Positions 55,276 through 64,000 of a stretch of DNA of 64,000 nucleotides are shown here, in pieces; the first letter of the stretch is position 1; each line of letters starts with the position of its first letter. The notes beneath the pieces are model-generated. The model searched no databases and was not told the DNA's origin. It was given only the letters and a program-made list of their open reading frames with translations. This DNA comes from Octopus vulgaris (lineage: Eukaryota), in contig OX597836.1 of assembly GCA_951406725.2 (NCBI GenBank), positions 17,856,001-17,920,000 of the forward strand, read 5' to 3'. A program made the position numbers and the translations under genes.

Positions 55276-55440
55276 TCACATGCGAGAGCCCTCTTTCAGT
55301 TTTCATCTACCATTCGCATGGTCCTGAATAGCCCGAGGCTTTAATAGAAGGTGCCTGCTTGCGGTGCCACGCAGTGAAACTGAACCCGGAAAGATGCGGT
55401 TGGGAAGCGAACGTCTTAGCACATAGCCACGCTTGCGCCT
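54985..55440 (-). mobile_element. Diverged SINE family C
   Basis: TACTTGTTTCAGTC tail, internal TA tract, head at ~55360-55440. Confidence 0.75.
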
Positions 55441-55601
55441 GTATATAAATATAGTAAAATATGCTTTAAGACGGAAAAAAAAATGAATAATAAGAATAAT
55501 AAGTACCAGCGCCAATTAGTTTGTATAAACCGTTCGAGTTGGTTCCCCAATATAGCTGCAATGAAATGTCAGCAAAAAGTTAAGGCAGAAAAGATACATA
55601 C

Positions 55602-55652
<51 letters not shown>

Positions 55653-55973
55653 CACACACACACACACGAGCATTCACACACAGACAAACGCACACACTGA
55701 CACATATATGTATAGCTCACATAATAAAATATGCTAGAGTGCAAGCAAGGTACTTAGAAGTATTTTTGCGCGTAATGAAAGCTCATACATCACACTGTAA
55801 ATATTGGTTGGGTTAAGTGTGTTGACAGCTTAATGCGTTGAATAGACTTGTTGATTATGGGAGCGGGTTTTGTCAGGTAGATAACATGCGAAGTCCAAGA
55901 GAAATGACGTTCACGAAACGGGAAAGAGAGAGGCAAAGACAAAGGGAGAAAACTCTTTATATATAACGCACGC

Positions 55974-55981
55974 ATCTATCA

Positions 55982-56050
<69 letters not shown>

Positions 56051-56098
56051 ACTATCTATCTATCTATCTCTCTATCTATCTAACTATCTATCTATCTA
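55974..56098. repeat. (TATC)n microsatellite
   Basis: Directly visible. Confidence 0.95.
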
Positions 56099-56129
56099 AA
56101 TGTGAATGTCTCTTTCCACATATAAATTC

Positions 56130-56400
56130 TTTCTTTCTTTTCTTTCTTTTACTTGCTTTAGTCATTAGACTGCGGCCATGCTGGAGCACCGCCTTTAGTC
56201 GAGCAAATCGACCCACTTGCCCAAGATGCCACTCAGTGGGACTGAACCTGGAACCATGTGGTTGGTTAGCAAGCTACTTACCACACAGCCACTCCTGCTG
56301 TATACATTATATATAAAAATATATATTTTTTTATCGTTTACGCTTCTCCTACTTGTTTCAGTCATTAGACTGCGGCCATACTGGGGTATCGCTTTAAAGT
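56130..56400 (-). mobile_element. Internally deleted SINE family C plus a second tail fragment
   Basis: Tail (56140-56214) joined directly to head (56215-56299); second tail at 56350-56400. Confidence 0.8.
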
Positions 56401-56454
56401 CTTTTAATCAAACTTACTTGCTTTGAAGACTGGTACGTCTGTCGTTATCTTCTT

Positions 56455-56490
<36 letters not shown>

Positions 56491-56495
<5 letters not shown>

Positions 56496-56714
56496 CTTTT
56501 TCAAATGTTCTCCCCTGTATAGCATCGCATTCCATAAGCTTTACCGTTTGTTTCTTTTCTGCATCTCTCTCTCTCACTCTCTCTCCCTTTTCTCTTTCTC
56601 TCTCTCCCTTTCTGCTTTTCTCTCTCTATATAAGGAAAGAATGTAGAGAAATAACCACCTGTTGCTTTTTCAAATGCTCTGCACTGTATAGCATCGCATT
56701 CCATAAGCTTTACC
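56491..56714. repeat. 55-bp direct repeat pair next to (TA)n
   Basis: TGTTGCTTTTTCAAATG...GCATCGCATTCCATAAGCTTTACC at 56491-56545 and 56660-56714. Confidence 0.85.
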
Positions 56715-57068
56715 TGCAACGAAACGCACTAGATTTTTCTGGAGAAACATTCTATGAAATGCGTCCATTTTTCAATGAAAAATTTCGTAAAAAGAATTGC
56801 ATGGAAGACTGAGTTGCATGAAAAAGGTAGCAATAATTCCTACACAGCGAACAAATTTTGATTAAATCGCGAGAATACCCAGCAAAAGAAAATTCAAGTA
56901 CTTGTTGTTACGGTTTTTTTAAAAACTTTGCCTTGGTTAAAAGAGTATTATTCAGCTTTTATGAATGCATGTTATATATATATATATATATATATATATG
57001 CATATATGTGTGTGTATGTAGACATGTATGTATATGTCTGTGTATGTATGTATGTGTGTATGTATACG

Positions 57069-57108
<40 letters not shown>

Positions 57109-58119
57109 TGTATGTGTGTTTATATACTTGTGTGTATGCGTATGTGTATATGTATGTAGTTATATGTACACACGCATACATACATATACATATATATATA
57201 AATCCGAGAGCAATATGTTTCAAAGATTATTGTGCAGCAACATAGCTAACAGTGACAAAAAGCTGATAACATAATGTGCCACTAGATTCACTATAAAGCA
57301 AAGAAATCGCTATAAATCATAATATAATGATAGATCATTCTATTTAGATTTACGTAAACCATATATCGCCAATAAAGACCACAAACAATTTTCTAAGTAA
57401 CCATAAAATGTACATTAATTAATCTGGTTCGGATTGAACGAGATGTTAGCCAATGTATTTTTTTTACTTTCATCAAAGATTCACTCCCCTTCCATTATGG
57501 GACAATAGTGTATTCGTTATAAAATGATTTGGCGGCTTTGCTAAAAGAAACACCAGAGCAAATTTTTAGGAATTGTCATGATAAAATCGCATCCTTCTGT
57601 AACTAAATTCCTTTACGAGAAAAAGCATTAGTTTTCACCAATCATGTCGTTTAAGCCAGTGGCTCTGACGTTGGAACTAACGTGCACGCAAGGAAATCAT
57701 TGTTAGTTTTTGACAACTAATTTTGGATTAAAAATGAAAAAAAGAATAACGAACAACGGATGTTTATACACGAGGACATGATGGAGCTGTTTTCTGAAAA
57801 TATTGTTAATGTTCATATTTTTCTTTATTTAATAAAATGCTATCCCTTCATGGAGGGTGATTTATAACGGAAGCATGTTTTGATATTCCTCGTAATATAA
57901 ACATCCATTAATTAGGGTTGGAAATGAGCTTACCAACGTACATAAAGAACTAGACCTACCAATTATGGATAATACTAACCTTAGCTGACGTCATAAGAAT
58001 TTAGAAACTTCGAGAGAGCGTGAAATAATTTGTGGTTAACTCTAGAAATCGAAGTAGATAAAACTCTAACTTATTTTTCCTCATATTTTGACACAGGGCG
58101 AGCAATTTTTTTGCGAAGG

Positions 58120-58300
58120 AGAAGTCGATTAAAATGACCCCCCCCCCCCCCAATGCTAAGTTGGTATTTATTTTATTGACCCGGAAAAGAGGAGAAGTAA
58201 TGTAGACCTTGGTGACACTTTAACGCAGAACGTGAATCCGGAATAGATGCCGCTAAGCATTTTGTCCGGCGTACAGATGAATTTACCACCTCGCCGCTCT
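58120..58300 (-). mobile_element. Old SINE family A copy
   Basis: TTATTGACCCGGAAAAG...GCTAAGCATTTTGTCCGGCG resembles the family A core and head. Confidence 0.6.
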
Positions 58301-58459
58301 TTTAGCTAGAAAAAGTAGAAGGCTACTTGTGGGCCACGAACCCACATCAGTAAACATGACAGGTGTTCCACTACTAGATCAAAGTAGTTTTTGAAAGCCT
58401 CTATATTTTAGGAGCTCTTTTTCTGAAGTTAAGAATGAATTATTTCTCTTATCTTGGTG

Positions 58460-58710
58460 TTCTTATCTTTCTAGATATCGCCTTAAGACACCGAAAAATA
58501 TCTAGTTAACATTTAGATGCTAATAAACATTGTCCCTGTATAAAACCCAACGAGAATTTCCAGTACATCAAAAAGAATAATTATACAGCAACTTTGATCT
58601 AACAAGGAGAGTAAAGCACAACCAATATCTGGTATATCAATCAGCGAGACCTATATGAATAGTACGGCAACGTAATACGTTGACGCATTAAAAAAAAATG
58701 GCGCTCTCTT
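58460..58710 (+). mobile_element. Highly decayed Naiad-like PLE RT-thumb fragment
   Basis: FLDI; PCIKPNENFQYIKKN (cf. PYxKPNxxxxYIxxxSNHP); YVDALKKNG. Confidence 0.45.
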
Positions 58711-59284
58711 TGATGAAAGCTATTATATAAAGGATAATAATAGCATTTGAGAATAAATGTAAGAAACATTTTCTTGTCATTTATTTGTTTTAACAATTCC
58801 AACAATTAAACTATTAAATTTCGTCATCAAAGATAAATCAATAATTAATTTTTCAAAGATAATATCTTGTAATTACATCGCCTCACCACCATAGCTTCTC
58901 AAATACAAAAGGAAGTATTTTATTACATATTGATTGTATTATCAATTAATAACTACTGGCGTTGGCATGTTACTTATTTACGATATGTTGTTGGAAAACT
59001 AAATTATTTTACTATTTGATCGGTTGGATCAGTTTGTATAACTACAATAATTAATTCTGTCAATGTGAAACATGTTTTGAAATATTGCAGCTAAGTAAGT
59101 TCTGTTGTTCTTTTATGTTATTTTAGTTATTAGACTGCGGCCATGCTGGGACACACCCTTGAAGCGTTTGGTCGAACAAATCGCTTACAGAACTTAATCA
59201 TTGGGTTTTTAAACTTGGTGGTTATTCTATATTTTTGTCTTAATGTTATGTGGTCGTGGAGAACAAAAGCAGACACACCCATAG

Positions 59285-59490
<206 letters not shown>

Positions 59491-59734
59491 CAACCCTCTC
59501 ACACAGCAAATCAGCCAGCAACCAAAAAGCAAGCACATAGACGAGTTATGACATGAGCTCCCCACCTGCTTACCATCGAAAGAGAAATCAACCACTTAAG
59601 AGAGTTGTGGAAAGAGTAGTCACGGTGGTACTCCTGTATGACCGCAGCCGCATGGATGAAACACAAAAGAAATATAAAATAAAAGAAACACACATACACA
59701 TTATGTATGTGTTTATGTAGACATAGATTATTTT

Positions 59735-59895
59735 ATTCTTTTATTTGTTTCAGTCATTTGACAGCGGCGATACTGGAGCACCACCGTTACTCGAACAAAT
59801 GGACCCCAGGACTTTATCGGTCCCTTTAGCCAAACCCCAGAGTTACAGGGACGCAAACACACCAACGTCGACCGTCAAGCGATGTTGGGGGGACA
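59735..59895 (-). mobile_element. Diverged SINE family C 3' half
   Basis: TTGTTTCAGTCATTTGAC..GACCCCAGGACTT..AAACACACCAAC. Confidence 0.65.
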
Positions 59896-60069
59896 TACGC
59901 AGTCACTCAAGCAAACATGCAATATATATATGTGTACGTGTGTGTATATAAGTATAGATATATATCAATAAGTGTGTATAAATCCATATACCTACATATA
60001 CATATATGGGTATGGATACACAGGCACACATACGGACACACTGACACAGCCACAGACAGACACCCACAC

Positions 60070-60958
<889 letters not shown>

Positions 60959-60959
60959 T

Positions 60960-61200
60960 TGGTTACGGCGTTTTTTCAGGGAAATCGTTAGATATAGTTC
61001 TATTATTAATAATTCTAATACATGTTTGGAAAGAATTTATAAGCTGTTAAGACATTTTGTAACACAAGCTTATAAACATAGGTAAGTTGGTTAAAACTTT
61101 TAAATGCATTTTAGATGGGAAACTTGGAATTTTAAATAAATATGGGGTAATATCCAGTCTTCGGTCTAGCAAATCTTTCTAAGGATTTGAACGTTTACGA
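60960..61200 (+). mobile_element. Possible PLE RT-thumb/C-terminal remnant (Hydra-like)
   Basis: [14 protein letters not shown]...[15 protein letters not shown] resembles YGVxxSQLIRY...QGY; frameshifted; starts at (TA)n. Confidence 0.35.
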
Positions 61201-61349
61201 TTCGAATTATTTGCTTACTACATCACCAAAATTGCGAAAATTGAGTAAGCAGTAATTACGCACAACGTCATCAATTTTTAGTTGTCCTGTAAATTCTTGG
61301 TGAGTGAACCTCGTGTCTGATTAAACATGTAAGTGTTAGTTAATACTTA

Positions 61350-61744
61350 GTGGAGGCGCAATGGCCCAGTGGTTAGGGCAGCGGACACGCGGTCGTAGGA
61401 TCGCGGTTTCGATTCCCAGACCGGGCGTTGTGAGTGTTTATTGAGCGAAAACACCTAAAAGCTCCACGAGGCTCCGGCAGTGGATGGTGGTGATCCCTGC
61501 TGTACTCTTTCGCCACAACCTTCTCTTACTCTTACTTCCTGTTTCTGTTGTACCTGTATTTCAAAGGGCCGGCCTTGTCACTCTCTCTGTGTCACGCTGA
61601 ATATCCCCGAGAACTACGTTAAGGGTACACGTGTCTGTGGAGTGCTCAGCCACTTACACGTTAATTTCACGAGCAGGCTGTTCCGTTGATTCGGATCAAC
61701 CGGAACACTCATCGTCGTAACCGACGGAGTGCTTCCATCCATCC
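61350..61744 (+). mobile_element. SINE family B, full length
   Basis: TSD AG(T/C)TAATACTT at 61338-61348 and 61745-61755; (ATCC)n tail. Confidence 0.92.
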
Positions 61745-62799
61745 AGCTAATACTTGTAGTTTTAACAGTTGTAGTTTTATTGTCTTTTAAACAGTTTAAT
61801 TCGCTTTAAACATAGGAAGATTTATGATACTAGTTCATTACATGTACTTTTATTAGTTGCTATTTATAAAATTTAAGTGTATATCAGTCACTTGTAATTT
61901 AATATTATAACTTGTAGTGGTGATATATTAATGAGTATGTAGCGTTTTATTATTAACTTTTAAACGAGGAAATAATGTATTTCACCCATAAAAATATTAA
62001 ATTAATTTCAATCGTTTTGGAAAAACTTTTATAAGGCTAACTTTAATTACAGTAGTATCTATGGAAGCCCAGTGGGATTATTATTTACATGGACTTAAAG
62101 ATTGATCGCAGTTTAGCATCTAATTTAGTTATTGCATTTTACTATTAATACTGATACAATGTACATTCGATTACATGTCTCTTGTGGTAGTTTTATTAAA
62201 GTTAGTGTTCAATGCTGCCTATAATTGAATTAGGCTTTTGCTTTTGTATTACACTATGGAAGACGGTAAGGATTATAATTTTTGTATGCCTTAATAGAGC
62301 TGTCGCTGTTTAGTTACGTATTTAGGAGTGGTTGTAATCCACATATTGAATTTATTTATCGATACGGCTGTACATTGGGTAAATGTGTTTGAAAGTTGGG
62401 GTCTCTTTGGTTTGTTGGTTCCCAAACAAACCCTATTCTAGTGCTGTTGACACCGCTGATTGAATAGTACTGCCCAGGTGTCGAAAACATGATGATATCC
62501 GTGGGGCAGCTGATGATGGAGGTACGGTGGATTTGTTGGTGTGGATTTTTATGTAAATGCGGATTAGTGTTACTTTTGATATATATATATATATACATTT
62601 TTTTGTCGCTTACTTATTTCAGTGATTGGACTGTGGCCACATTGGGGCAAAACCTTGGAGCAATTTCTCGAGCAAATAAAAACCGTAATTTTTTTTTAAA
62701 GCTTAGCAATTATTCTGTGGTTTTCATTTTTTTTTTTGGCCAAACAGGAAATTTACTGGGACAACCAACACGTAATACTGAAATAGTGGAGAAGATATG

Positions 62800-62970
62800 A
62801 TATTGCTGTGGGGTTGTCCTAGGGAAAAAGTTAAGATTTTTTGCCGATGACACTCCCCGGACCTTAAGTAAGTCATGTGTAAAATTTGAATGAAATTGGT
62901 TGTGTAGTTCTCAAGTTTTAGGGAAACACACAGACAGACAAACACACATACTCAGTTTTATATATATATA
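62800..62970 (-). mobile_element. Helitron-like non-autonomous element, 5' part
   Basis: TATATAAAACTGAG..(GTCT)n..CAACCAATTTCATTCAAATTTTACAC architecture, similar to the 5' part of 38705; no 3' end found. Confidence 0.45.
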
Positions 62971-63364
62971 TAATATATATTATTGCATCGAAAAGAGACG
63001 TTTACAACTCTTGTTAAATAATGCCTTGAAATTTTGGCTTAGGGCCAGTAATTTTGAGCGTCAAACCAGATGAGTGGTAAAATCCAAAGAATTTTATAAT
63101 GGAATCAAAGCTGAGAATTCGAGGAACCGGAACAAATATCACAAGGCATGCCACACAATGCTCTATCAACTCTGCAAGACAAATAAGCAAGAGAAATATC
63201 TTTTGCATTGCTTCCTGGAGGATCAAAGTTAAATTTGAAACGAGCGAGATATGAACTCAAAAGTCATAATACCACACCGCCGGAAAATGTACTGCAATCT
63301 ACTACATTGGACGATGTAGCGTCTCTACTATTTCGTTACCAAATGTGTTGCGCTTGGGTGTTAT

Positions 63365-64000
<636 letters not shown>

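Noticed and set aside
62487-62520. C/D-box-like ATGATGA...CTGA
   Set aside because: Too short, no terminal stem, and ATGATGA is very common in this window.

Overview
Gene-poor, AT-rich eukaryotic DNA dominated by microsatellites ((TA)n, (TAA)n, (TATG)n, (GATA)n, (CAT)n, (CAC)n) and retroelements. The repeat complement fits a coleoid cephalopod, most likely Octopus; this is inferred from SINE sequence recall, not from a search. Almost all ORF-track entries are translated microsatellites or SINEs. Supported content: three tRNA-derived SINE families; decayed R4/Dong, RTE and CR1-like LINEs; Penelope-like element (PLE) fragments of several clades, some with hammerhead ribozyme motifs; two Tc1/mariner relics; and a complete non-autonomous Helitron. 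Two small, phase-compatible minus-strand exon candidates suggest a host gene with very large introns. Most notable: SINE multimers whose extra units lack the head and start at one fixed junction, an apparently intact minimal hammerhead at 43182-43226, a shared A6U hammerhead variant, (TA)n-anchored fold-back palindromes, and a LINE 5' junction that captured an inverted copy of nearby DNA. No complete protein-coding gene, rRNA, true tRNA or CRISPR array is visible. Coordinates were read by eye, so boundaries of decayed elements are approximate.
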